Part shown: positions 1-11,666 of the stretch, in pieces | Position numbering within the stretch: position 1 is the first letter of the stretch | Layout of the letters: each line of letters begins with the position of its first letter | DNA from: Mobula hypostoma | Taxonomy: Eukaryota | Direction: 5' to 3' | NCBI RefSeq assembly: GCF_963921235.1 | Contig: NC_086097.1 | Location: forward strand, 218,676,001 to 218,740,000 | DNA: 64,000 nucleotides | The notes under the pieces: generated by a model | Database searches by the model: none | Told to the model about the DNA's origin: nothing | The model's input: the letters and a program-made list of their open reading frames with translations, nothing else | Position numbers and translations under genes: made by a program

Positions 1-879
1 ACATGAGCAGATGTACCATCTCTTTAATCAATATATTTAGCAAAATGGAAAAGTCCAGTATTGGGTTGAAAAGTCTGGGGTCTGGCTCTGGTTGCAAATT
101 AGGCAGAAAAAAATACCTATTTTGTAGAGCTGGATTTATAAATTAAATTTAATGCATGATGAGTTCAAATACCTGTATGAATATTAAATGAGCAGTTTAC
201 ATATTAATACATCTATAAATGGATCATTCTCCTCAGCACATTTGGATCAGTGACATTCTAAAAAATTGATAGAAAGATTTGGAGGAAAAGTTTTTAAAGT
301 AAGAGAATGAACAACCTGAGCTGCTGTCCTGGGAGCATAACGCTGACAGTTCCGTTCTTCGTTTGATGCTGCTCAGCTCACTGAGTTCCTCCACCAGATT
401 GTCCTGTTGCTTTGTAATTAGTCACAAAGAAAAATAGAATTAGCCAATAACTTTACTCAAGGCAGTGATTAGGTATCTAGGTGTTGATGGCAAGCCATTG
501 GTCTTGGATAGTGTGGTTCAGGAAATTTTAAACCCCAACTCCTCATTCTTGGTAGACGCCCCTGACTGATGTAAACTGAAGGCAACAGCAGTGGATAGAT
601 CTGAGTTAGTTCTTGTTACATTGTTTGGCTAAGACTGAAAAATGAAATGGGACATTCAATCTGATGTCAATTAAAGGAAAATTTGGTCTCAACTCTGGTA
701 CTTGACAGAGAGCGAACTTGCCAAATTGTCGTCATTTCACACAATAAGCCTCCGGAAGGTCCTCCATATTTTCTGGCCAAGGAAGATCTCCAACCATGCC
801 CTACTCGTTCAGTGTTACCAAGAGGACATGACCACAATCATCATGAGGGAAATGTTGGAGATGGATTGGACATGTGGTT

Positions 880-2009
880 AGGCATTTGATAAGGTACGCC
901 ATGCAAGGCTTATTGAGAAAGTAAGGGATCCAAGGGGACATTGCTTTGTGGATCCAGAACTGGCTTGCCCACAGAAGGCAAAGAGTGGATGTAGATGGGT
1001 CATATTCTGCATGGAGGTCAGTGACCAGAGGTGTGCCTCAGGGATCTGTTCTGCGACCCCTTCTCTTTGTGATTTTTATAAATGACCTGGATGAGGAAGT
1101 GAAGGGATGGGTTAGTAAATTTGCTGATGACATGAAGGTTGGGGGTGTTGTGGATAGTGTGGAGGGCTATCAGAGGTTACAGCGGGGCATTGATAGGATG
1201 CAAAACTGGGCTGAGAAGTGACAGATAGAGTTCAACCCAGATAAGTGTGAGGTGTTTCATTTTGGTAGGTCAAATATGATGGCAGAATATAGTATTAATG
1301 GTAAGACTATTGGCAGTGTGGAGGATCAGAGGGATCTCGGGGTCCGAGTCCATAGGACACTTGAAGTTGCTGCGCAGATTGACTGTGTGGTTAAGAAGGC
1401 ATATGGTTCATTGGCCTTCAGCAACTGTGGAATTGAGTTTAAGAGCCAAGAGGTAATGTTACAGCTTTATAGGACCCTGGTCAGACCCCACTTGGAGTAC
1501 TGTGCTCAGTTCTGGTCAGCTCACTACAGGAAGGATGTGGAAACTATAGAACGGGTGCAGAGGAGATTTACAAGGATGTTGCCTAGATTGGGGAGCGTAC
1601 CTTATGAGAATAGGTTGATTGAACTTGGTCTCTCCTCCTTGGAGTGACGGAGGATGATAGGTGACCTGATAAAGGTGTATAAGATGATGAGAGGCATTGA
1701 TTGTGTGGATAATCAGAGGCTTTTTCCCAGGGCTGAAATGGTGCTTAGAAGTAGGCACAGAGGAGATGTCAGGGACAAGTTTTTTATGCAGAGGTTGGTG
1801 AGGGTGTGGAATGGGCTGCTGGTGACGGTGGTGGAGGCGGATACAAAAGGGTCTTTTAAGAGACTGCTGGAAAGGTACATGGAGCTTAGGAAAATAGAGG
1901 GCTATGGGTAACCCTATAATTTCTAAAATAAGTACGTGTTCGGCACAGCATCATGGGCTGAAGGGCCTGTATTGTGCTGTAGATTTTCTATGTTTTCTGT
2001 GTTTCTCTG
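880..2009 (+). mobile_element. CR1-clade LINE, 5'-truncated RT/3' end
   Basis: GVPQGSVL...KFADD, LVRPHLEYCAQFWS, ERVQRRFTRM in broken ORFs 946-1911; (ttctatgt)n-like tail. Confidence 0.9.
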
Positions 2010-2248
2010 TGATGAGAAGAGAGGCCAACTCCATCATCAAGACAGCACTTCATTGGACCCCTAAAGATCGAAGGAAACAGAAGAAACCAAAGACAACTTG
2101 GCGCCGTGCCATAGCGGCAGAAATGGGCACCCCAAACCACACCTGGGGCACAATAGAGAAGATGGCTAAGAACAGACAGAGATGGGGGATCTTCATTGCT
2201 GCCCTAAATGCCATCAATGTAACAGGCTTTTGATGATTGTTGATGATT
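2010..2248 (+). mobile_element. RTE-clade LINE 3' end
   Basis: ALHWTP...KKPKTTWRR...TWG..EKMAKNRQRW..FIAAL C-terminal signature and (tga)n-like tail. Confidence 0.7.
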
Positions 2249-2616
2249 GGCACCAACGTGAAGCAAAGGAGTTTTCGAAGAACGTTTGGGCCCAAATAGT
2301 TTCATAACATTGACTTGTTATAATCTTGGAATTGTGGGATGGTGGAGTTTGATGCCAAGCAGCCTGTTTCTGTGAAAATGACTCTGAGTAATTGATATCT
2401 CACCTCTCTCCTGAGGTTATGTTTGTGCAGAAATAAACTGCAAATATCTGTGGCATGCTTTCAGTTTTGCCCGCATTGGCCCTTCATTGGCTCCCAAATC
2501 CACATTCTCCTGCAGATTAACATTTAGCCCATGTCTTTGTCAGTTTCCTACAGTGAAAATTTGCTGCATTTATATTTCTTACTGTCTGAAATTATTTATT
2601 TTCTCCCATTTTATAG

Positions 2617-2796
2617 CCTGCTTTCATCAATAACCCATCCAACTACACCAGAGATGAAGTCGGCAGAATCACTAATAACAGGAGAGAATGACACTGACAA
2701 GGTAGAACGGAACAGCAAAAAGGTCTGCTTTGTGGTAACTGGAGATGATCAGGAAGATTCAGGTCATGATACAATAAGCAACAGGGATTCCTACAG
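2617..2796 (+). CDS. PREX2: PREX2 coding exon (first in window), 180 nt, phase 2/2
   Basis: ttatAG acceptor, AG|GTAAAC donor. Translates (S)[59 protein letters not shown](S), resembling recalled human PREX2 LLSSITYSPK...[31 protein letters not shown]. Confidence 0.95.
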
Positions 2797-2801
2797 GTAA
2801 A

Positions 2802-2848
2802 CACAGCATTGTGGGCCTGTAATGTGCTGTAGATTTCTGTGTTTCTAT
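2802..2848 (+). mobile_element. 47-bp CR1 3' tail inserted at the PREX2 splice donor
   Basis: cacagcattgtgggcc..tgtaatgtgctgtagatttctgtgtttctat matches the CR1 tails at ~1945-2005 and 7920-7975. Flanked by GTAAA direct repeats (2797-2801, 2849-2853). Confidence 0.75.
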
Positions 2849-3218
2849 GTAAAATGTGCTTTAGATTATCCTACAATGGAGAAGGGCTAAATATTTGTTT
2901 GTGAGTGAATGAAGCAGGAATTGTAAATTGTGTTGTTTCCTCCAAATGTAAATTGTGTTGTTTCCTCCATCTTGAGCCTATGTGTAGCTGTCTTGATAGG
3001 ATTGTGATAGTGATCTGATTTTATAAAGGATCCAGCGCACCAGAATTACCAGTAGCCTACACCTTCATTTTAAGAAAATAGAGAAAAATATCACTGTTAA
3101 ATTGACGATATATATCACTGACATGATTTGCATGAAGCAATGTGCCCCATTATGGCCATAATGAGATTTGAGTGTGTGGCATGTCAGTAATTCATTTAAA
3201 CCAACATAACATATTGAT

Positions 3219-4320
3219 GCAAACATGTGAAAATCTACAGATGCTGGAAATTCAAGCAACACACACAAAATGCTGGTGGAACGCAGCAGGCTAGGCAGCA
3301 TCTATTGGAAGAAGTACAGTCGACGTTTCGGGTCGAGACCCTTCTTCAGGACTAACTGAAAGAAGAGATAGTAAGAGATTTGAAAGTGGGAGGGGGAGGG
3401 GGAGACCCAAAATGATAGGAGAAGACAGGAGGGGGAGGGATGGAGCCAAGAGCTGGACAGGTGATTGGCAAAAGGGATGCAAGGCTGGAGAAGAGGGAGG
3501 ATCATGGGACGGAAGGCCTAAGAAGAAAGAAAGGGGGAGGGGAGCACCAGAAGAAGATGGAGAACAGGCAAGGAGTATTTGTGAGAGGGAAAGAGAGAGA
3601 GAGAGAGAAAACAAACAAACAAATAAATAAGTAATGAATTAGGGATGGGGTAAGAAGGGGAAGAGGGCCATTCACGGAAGTTAGAGAAATCGATGTTCAT
3701 GCCATCAGGTTGGAAGCTACCCAGACGGAACATAAGGTGTTATTCATCCAACCTGAGTGTGGCTTCATCTCGACAGTAGAGGAGGCCATGGATTGACAGA
3801 TCGGAATGGGAATGGGACGTGGAATTAAAATGGGTGGCCACTGGGAGATCCTGCTTCCTCTGGCGGACAGAGCATAGGTGTTCAGTGAAGCGGTCTCCCA
3901 GTCTGCATCAGGTCTCACCAATATATAGAAGGCCACACTGGGAGCACCAGACGCAGTATATCACCCCAGCCGACTCACAGGTGAAGTGTCGCCTCACCTG
4001 TAAGGACTGTCTGGGACCCTGAATGGTGGTGAGGGAGGAAGTGTAAGGGCAGGTGTAGCACTTGTTCCGCTTACAAAGATAAGTGCCAGGACGGAGATTA
4101 GTGGGAAGGGATGGGGGGAACGAATGGACAAGGGAGTCGGGTAGGGAGAGATCCCTGCGGAAAGCAGAAAGTAGGGGGAGGGAAAGATGTGCTTGGTGGT
4201 GGGATCCCGTTGGAGATGGCAGAAGTTACGGAGAGTTATATATTGGACCCGGAGGCTGGTGGCGTGGTAAGTGAGGACAAGAGGGACAACACCTATGCTC
4301 TATTCCTAGTGGGGTGGCGG
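3219..4320 (-). mobile_element. Penelope-like element, 5'-truncated (GIY-YIG endonuclease remnant plus terminal repeat)
   Basis: Minus strand encodes a YIGET..RLGDRF.EHL..DLPVATHFNS-type GIY-YIG. 12-bp TSD TAACATATTGAT at 3207-3218 and 4321-4332. Highly similar to 26335-27613. Confidence 0.88.
3318..3353 (-). ncRNA. Minimal type I hammerhead ribozyme in PLE terminal repeat
   Basis: Minus strand AGUC-CUGAAGA-A-GGGUCUCGACCC-GAAA-CG-UC-GACU: intact core, stem I AGUC/GACU, stem II hairpin, palindromic ACGU stem III, GUC triplet. Confidence 0.8.
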
Positions 4321-4829
4321 TAACATATTGATACCAGCTCTGTCAGTTTAATCATTTGAAAATAGCTCAGTACCTGTGTCCAGTAATTAAAATAATCACT
4401 CTTACACAGCAGTCCAATAACTTTGGGACTCCTTTGTACCTATCCATTCCCATCCCCTTTGTTCTAAAATAGAAGAATACTTCTGAGTTACCCTAATCAT
4501 GAAATCTGATGGTTCTTCCTGTTGTCCTGCCACTGAAACTCTCCAATTCTGCTTTAACTATGCTATACATTAAAACTATGGCTGATCATTTACCACTTCA
4601 CAGCTTCCCTGTGGATCCCAGATCCCTTGATCCCATTAATACCCAAAACTCTATAAAATATCCAAAAACAAATTATAATTGGATTTGATAGCCAATTATC
4701 AATTCTCCAACAAAGCATAATGCAGTTTTAGACCATATATTTTAGTACTTCTTTAGCTGCATATAATTGTTTCTTGTACTCTTACTCAATCTACTTTCTA
4801 AGTTTAGACAGGCAGCAGTTTTATTTATT

Positions 4830-5055
4830 TTATTCAGAGATATAACTCAGTAAAAGGCCCCTCTGCCTCAACAAGCCCGCACGGCCTAATTACACCCACA
4901 TGACCAATAAACCTACTAATCCATACATCTTTGGAATGTGGGAGGAAATCATGTGGCCATGGGGAGAAAATACAAACTCCTTATAGACAGCCGCTGGACC
5001 TGAACCTTGGTCACTGGTGCTATAAAGCCATTGCCAACTGCTAGGCTACCATTGT
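4830..5055 (-). mobile_element. Degenerate tRNA-derived SINE (V-SINE/HE1-like)
   Basis: tctttggaatgtgggaggaa...ggggagaaaatacaaactcc...gacag core. Related copy at 28045-28350. Confidence 0.6.
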
Positions 5056-6170
5056 AATAGAGAATATTTAATATACTAAGTAGTTTAATTCCTGACGAAG
5101 GAAGCCCACAGGAAATGTAATTCAGTTCTACTAACTATTTACATCTGAATGTCACTGACACATTGGTGTTTGAAATCTGGGTATTAATGTTGTCATTGGA
5201 AAACTGGGTTAGAGTAGAAACATAGAAACATAGAATCATTTATCCACGTCAGATCAATATACTGAATTATCAGCAATATTTAAAATGTAGCCTGGGGCAC
5301 TGCAGTTAATACACCAATTGACTTAGTTTACATTGCCTTTGTATTAGCTCCAAACTAGTCTTCTTGAGGCTATTAGTTGCATTTAAAATAAGTTTGCACA
5401 TGGAGAATCTGTTTATAAAGAGTACCCAATAGTGAAATCTCTATCTAGAGCTTGGCTACTTCCATTGAGTCTTTCGAGGTGCGACTATGTGTCAAGTTCT
5501 GATCAAGTTCAAGTAAAATTAAAATTAGAAGTTCACTAGCTTGGATCAGATTGAGCCAGTCTAAGTCTTTGTTAACAACTGCGCTAAAACTCGGTACTAT
5601 AGGAGAGAGAGAAAAAAAGAGAATGAGTCACACTGTGCAGATCATTCTTCTCAGGGTATAGGGTCAGTGCAGAAGCTGACTCCCTTGCCTGTCCCAAAGG
5701 CATATGTGTTAGGTTCAGACTTGGGTATCAAAAGTATTGTGTCCTCAATTCACTATGGTTGGTGTGGGTTTTAATTTTTGACCCGAGCAGACTTCAGTCT
5801 CTTCAAACATTATTGTTAGCCTTAGCATTGTGTGTAATCAAACTAACTACAAAAGAAAGTTTCAAAAGATTTCTTCACATCCAAGTTAGTTTTATGTTGC
5901 AGGGAAAGGTGGGGGAAAGAGGGAGAGATTGAAGGATGAGGTGGGATGATCATCACTGGATTTAGTACAAGTAGTGAAAGCGAGTTATCTGACAAGTTAT
6001 ATTAATTTCTGCAGGCTGCATTCTGCCCAGACTAAAGATGAGACATTGCCCTTTGAGTTCATCTTGGAACATTGCGGAATGTGACAGACAGATAAATCCA
6101 TGAGAGCAAAATGGTAAATTAAAGTAACAGGCTGAAGGTCATCTAAACAAGAAATACGAATGAATTGCAA

Positions 6171-6371
6171 TACTGGAGGAACTCAGCAGGCCAGGCAGCA
6201 TCTATGGAAAAGAGTAAACAGTTGATATTTTGGGCTGAAACCTTCATTAGGACTGGAAAGGATGGGGACTGTTTACTCTTCTCCACAGATGCTGACTGGC
6301 CTGCTGAGTTCCTCCAGCATTTTGTGTGTGTTGTTTGGATTTCCAGCATCTGCAGGTTTTCTTGTGTTTGT
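6171..6371. mobile_element. Fold-back (inverted) insertion of PLE terminal repeat
   Basis: Arms ~6171-6222 and ~6268-6319 are reverse complements. 18-bp TSD AATAC(G/A)AATGAATTGCAA at 6153-6170 and 6372-6389. Confidence 0.85.
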
Positions 6372-6808
6372 AATACAAATGAATTGCAACTTCATCTGAA
6401 AGAATTGTCTGGATGGATGACAGTGCTGAGGAGTTAATCTCATGCAGTTGCATGGGAAAGTGCCATGAGAAGGGCAAAGGTTGATGGAGCCAACGATTCA
6501 TAAAAGGGGAAGTGAAGATATGTTTGGTGGTCAAACTTGTTGAAGATAGAAGATTAATAACCACTTTTAATAATCTGGATTGAGGAATTATCATGCCCTT
6601 AGGTATGTTCTTAAAATCTGTGAAAATGCTGAGGAAGATGAATTATGTTATGTTATGATGCCTGCATAATTTATCAATATTGCATAGTACACTGTAGCTC
6701 CATCTATCTGCATTTAGTAAAGGTGCACCGCATAGTAAAACAATATTCAATATCAAATACATTTATTTTGTAAGAAATGAATTTTAATGAGTTTTCTTCC
6801 TTCCCTAG

Positions 6809-6903
6809 TGACTGCAACAGCAATAGGAATTCTATTGCTTCCTTTACAAGTATCTGCAGCAGCCATTGTGATTCTTATGTACACAGTGATGACATGGATT
6901 CAG
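6809..6903 (+). CDS. PREX2: PREX2 coding exon, 95 nt
   Basis: ttccctAG acceptor, G|GTAAGC donor. [31 protein letters not shown](G) matches PREX2 [32 protein letters not shown]. Phase continuous with the previous exon. Confidence 0.95.
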
Positions 6904-7130
6904 GTAAGCTGCATCTGGTAAGATACATTCATTGCAAAATCATTGCTGCTAGGTAGGAAAAAGAGAGCTATACCACAACAGGGTTACACAAGAAAATTGT
7001 GCACAAAAATGTTGTCTCATTCAAGCATTTTCTGTGCTGCCCATTCGTGTTTTGCATACCTTCTTGTCATTTTTTTCCATTTTTTTTTGTTTGCTTTTCA
7101 TTCTAACCTGGCTTTAACCCAACCCAGAAA

Positions 7131-7978
7131 GGGGGTGTTGTGGATAGTGTGGAGGGCTGTCAGAGGTTACAAAAGTGGCAGATGGAGTTCAACTCAAGTA
7201 AATGTGAGGTGGTTCATTTTGGTAGGTCAAATATGATGGCAGAATATAGTATTAATAGTAAGACTCTTGGCAGTGTGGAGGATCAAAGGGATCTTGGGGT
7301 CCGAGTTCTCAGGACACTCAAAGCAGCTGCGCAGGTTGACTCTGTGGTTAAGAAAGCATACAGTGCATTGGCCTTCATCAACTGTGGGATTGAGTTTAGG
7401 AGCAGAGAGGTAATGTTACAGCTTTATAGGACCCTGGTCAGACCCCACTGGAGTATTGTGCTCAGTTCTGGTCACCTCACTATAGGAAGGATGTGGAAAC
7501 TATAGAAAGGGTGCAGAGGAGATTTACAAGGATGTTGCCTAGATTGGGGAGAATGCCTTATGAGAATAGGTTGAGTGAACTTGGCCTTTTCTCCTTGGAA
7601 TGGTGGAGGATGACCTGACAGAGGTGTATAAACTGATGAGAGGCATTGATTGTGTGGATAGTCAGAGGCTTGTTCCCAGGGCTGAAGTGGCTAACACGAG
7701 AGGGAACAGTTTTAAAGTTCTTGGAAGTAGGTACAGAGGAGATGTCGGGTAAGTTTTTTTATGCAGAGTGGTGAGTGCGTGGAATGGGCTGCCGGTGACA
7801 GTGGTGGAGGCGGATACGATAGGGTGTTTTAAGAGACTCCTGGATAGGTACATGGAGCTTAGAACAACAGAGATCTCTGGGTAACCCTAGGTCATTTCTA
7901 AAGTAAGTACGTGTTTGGAACAGCATTGTAAGTTGAAGAGCCTGTATTGTGCTGTAGGTTTTCTATGTTTCTATGTTT
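7131..7978 (+). mobile_element. CR1-clade LINE 3' fragment
   Basis: Same family as 880-2009 (KWQMEFN..KCEVVHFGRSN, LVRPH); ttctatgt tail. Confidence 0.9.
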
Positions 7979-8443
7979 TTTATATTTTGTAGTTTTATCC
8001 TTAGAATGTCTTTAATCATGTTGAGTTGTGGACAATCTTTGGAGAATTTTGATTTGGAAATAGAGCTGTTGCTATGTTACCAATGGGTTCGGTTTTAGCA
8101 CAATGCCCAAAAGTTGACTTTGGTCATAAGTGGGGGATAAACACAAAATCCCTTGGTATGGTAAACATATGTAAAGAGCATTGTAATGAATGATGCTGAT
8201 GAGGATGAATTAACATGAAGGTTTTTAAAAAAATGTCTTCCCCTGCCTGATTACAATGGTACAGAACCCGGATGTCCCACTCTCAGTGGCTGGCTTCCAT
8301 GCACTTGGAGCATCAGTGAATATTACATCATTGTTTAATCGGATACTGTTGCAAAAGTAACAATAAAAGTGATTGTTTGCCAATTTCCAAAGCAACTTTC
8401 TGAGGAGACCCCCTGCAATGAAACTTGCAGCTCAAGTTCTTAA

Positions 8444-8643
8444 GAACATAGAACATAGAACAGTACAGCACAGTACAGGCCCTTCGGCCCACATTATTGT
8501 GCCGACCCTCAAACTCTACCTCCCATATAACCCCCCATCCTAAATTCCTCCATATACCTGTCTAGTAGTCTCTTAAATTTCACTAGTGTATCTGCCTTCA
8601 CCACTGACTCAGGCAGTGTATTCCACACACCAACCACTCTCTG
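8444..8643 (-). mobile_element. CR1 3' tail fragment
   Basis: (aacatag)n tail and acagcacagtacaggcccttcggcccac 3' stem-loop motif. Confidence 0.75.
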
Positions 8644-9631
8644 ATTAAGTGATAGTGAAGCTTGATTACTGTGGGGAGATTACATGTAAGCAGTTTTATT
8701 TCCCAAGACTTGTTTGAATTTAGTAACATTTATAGGAGCTCATTCGTATATGGGTGTCCAGAAGTAGATACTTGTAATACCTGTGTATACTGTAATATTG
8801 ATTCAAAGGTAACATACAAAATCAATGTAAAAATGAAAATTCTGAAAAAGATGTATGTTTGAATAAAATTATATTTATTATACTCGGCTTAATACGATTG
8901 TTAAAAGCATTAATATGAGCCTAGATATTCTGTAGCAATGTGCCCTTTCCCATGCTATTGATGTGGCAGACTGAGATACACATCCATCCATTTTTGCACT
9001 TGAACACTCCATAAAAGCAGGAAAATTACCTTCTATTTTATACGGTAAATCCAGAACTTAGCCAGGTCCAGAGCTTGGAAAGCATTTTGACAAAATTAAT
9101 TAATATGGTTATAAAGTAAGTCATAGGGAAAGACAAAGTGACTGAAGTTTTAGAAAGAAAAGTTTAAGATCAAACCCGATGCAGATCTTTAAAAGGATAT
9201 TAAGAAAGAAGATCATGTGGACAAAGTGACTTGAGAAAATCAGCGTGGATAACGCATTTCAGGGAATTCCTGCACATCTCAACGCATTGGCTTCCCAAGA
9301 TCAGATTGGAGGATTGTGTCCCAGCTAATCTCTTAGTAAAATTGGAAGTGGGCATGTTGGTGACAAATTTACTATTACCTTTAATTTTAAGCTTCCACAA
9401 TCCTCCTCTCCCCATCACTTTAGATTTGACCTCAACATACTTATTAATTAGGAAGGAAAGGCATTTGGTGATTACTGAAACAGCACATTGTGTATTGTAC
9501 TCCATTAAGTAGACAAGATATATGCTGACTGTAGTTCCAATAGGTTAATAAAATATAATACAGGTCATAAAAACCAATAAGCTATGTACAGTGTTGGATT
9601 AATGTATTTGATTTTTCCTTGTATCTGACAG

Positions 9632-9714
9632 GAGATGAGCTACCTTGCAGCGTGCGCATTTCCCATGATAAGCAGGATAAGTTACACGGCTGCTTAGAAC
9701 ATCTCTTTAGTCAG
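9632..9714 (+). CDS. PREX2: PREX2 coding exon, 83 nt
   Basis: gacAG acceptor, CAG|GTGAGA donor. (G)[27 protein letters not shown] vs PREX2 [28 protein letters not shown]. Confidence 0.95.
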
Positions 9715-9774
9715 GTGAGACACAGCCAATACAAGCTACTTGCTAGTTACAGCTTTTTAAAAAATCTCTTTCGT

Positions 9775-10760
9775 AAATCAATGTTGACTATGCCTGGTTC
9801 CTATCAATGGGGTATCATAGGTGCTCACTTGATTGTGGTATTTCCCTAACCACTAATGTCAGCCTAACAGGCCAGTAGTTCCCAGTGTTCTCTCTGCCAC
9901 TCATAAACAGTGGAGTTACAATTGTACTTTCTAGAGCTACTAGTGATTGACCATGCTCAGTTCTAGATATGCTAGTGATGTTGATGTTTTTATTCAGGTG
10001 AGTGAAGGGGGTTAGAACACCACTAGTCACCACCCTCTAGGCAGAAAACACTCCCTCTACAACCAACACCTGGCTTCTGTGGGCAAGACCTTTCCGAAAT
10101 CACACAATCAAGTTCCCCTGGATCACATGCCTACCGACTTTCTGAATGAGCCTACCTTGGGGACCTTATCAACCGCCTTATTAAATGCCATATACTACAT
10201 ATCCACTCCATTACCTCATCAATGTGCTTTGTCACATACTTGGAGAATTCAATCAGACTCATGAGACATGACCTTCCCCTCACAAAGCCATGCTGACTAT
10301 CTTTGACCATGCTGACTATGGGAGATCATGCTTCCATCTCCCACCAGCAACTTTGATGTGTGTTGCCTGACTATCTTTAATTGGACTATGCTTCTCTCAA
10401 TCTTCTCTCTAAGAATCTTCTCCAATAACTTGCCACCACTTGAAGTAAGACTCTCTGGTCTATAATTCCCGAAGTTATCCCTACTTTATTTTTTTAAACA
10501 AAGGAATAACAGTTGGCACCCTCTATTCATCTGATACTACTCCTATGGCCAGTGAGAGCACAAAGATCATTGCCAAAGGTGCAGCAATGTCTTCCCCTGT
10601 TTCTCATAGTAACCTAAGGTATATCCCGTCTAGTCCCAGGGACTGTCTTCTAATGTTTTTCAAAAATTCTAGCACATTTTCTTTCCTAAAGTTGACGTGT
10701 TGTAGAATATCAGACTATTTTATGCTGATGTTAAGGTCCCTCTCACTGGGGAATGCTGAA
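9775..10760 (-). mobile_element. Old degenerate CR1 RT fragments
   Basis: Minus-strand remnants GNYWPVRLTLVV, SQHGFVRGRSCL, and an AFDKVP-like motif. Confidence 0.6.
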
Positions 10761-11084
10761 TTACAGACATTTTCTGCACAACCTAATTTGGGGGCTTTTG
10801 TGTAGGAGAAACTAGGACACAAATACAACAATTAATAGCAAAAGCTAAAGAATGTAGGTCCTCATTTCAATGGGTTTGAGTATAATACGTGGTAAATCTT
10901 ACTGCAAATGTACAAGGCATGAGAGAGATTGGACCTAGAATAATGTGAACATTTCTGAATGCCCCTACTTAAGAAAAGATATCACCTAACTGGTCACAGA
11001 AGGTTCCCTGCTATCATCCTGGGTATTGAACACCAATTGTGTCTATTCACCAATTGGTCCTCACTAATTGTTATTGATGCACCA

Positions 11085-11650
11085 TAGAAAGCATCCTATT
11101 TTGATGTATCAGGGATTGGTATGGCAAATACTCTGCATGAGACTGCAAGACGCTTTGGAGCGTTGTAAACACAGCTCAACACATCATAGAAAACAGCCTC
11201 CCCACGATGAATATATACATTTACACTTTTCTCTGCCTCAGTAAAGCAGCAAACATTATCGAAGACCTCCCTTCCCCCGTCCCCCATCTAGACAATCTCT
11301 TTTCTCAACATCCTCATTGGGTAGAAGGTAAAAAGACCTGAAAGCACGTACACAAGATTCAAAGACAGCTTCTATCCCACTGTTATAAGATTATTGAATG
11401 GTCCCCCAGTTCCAAAAATGGATAACTGGCCTCACAGTGGAAGTAAGACAATAAGGTACAAGAGACTTTGTATTTTATTGTCTACCTCCACTGCACTCTC
11501 TCTATAACATTCTATTCTGCATTTCTGTTACTGTTTTCCCTTGGACTACCTCAGTGCTATATGATGTGATGAAACAACATGAATAGCATGTCATTTCATC
11601 ACAAACAGCGAATGTATGGATAGCATGCAAAACAAGTTCTTCGTTGTACT
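11085..11650 (+). mobile_element. Old Rex1/Babar-like LINE 3' end
   Basis: caccatagaaagcatccta...ggtatggcaa...acaagattcaaagacagcttctatccc pattern shared with the other Rex1-like copies. Confidence 0.6.
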
Positions 11651-11666
11651 TTGATACGTGTGACAT

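Noticed and set aside
2922..2969. Two 23-bp direct repeats
   Set aside because: Simple local tandem duplication with a 2-nt gap; not a CRISPR or other array.
5092..5115. CTGACGAAG hammerhead-like core start
   Set aside because: No stem II hairpin, GAAA-NUH or stem I pairing in the required arrangement.
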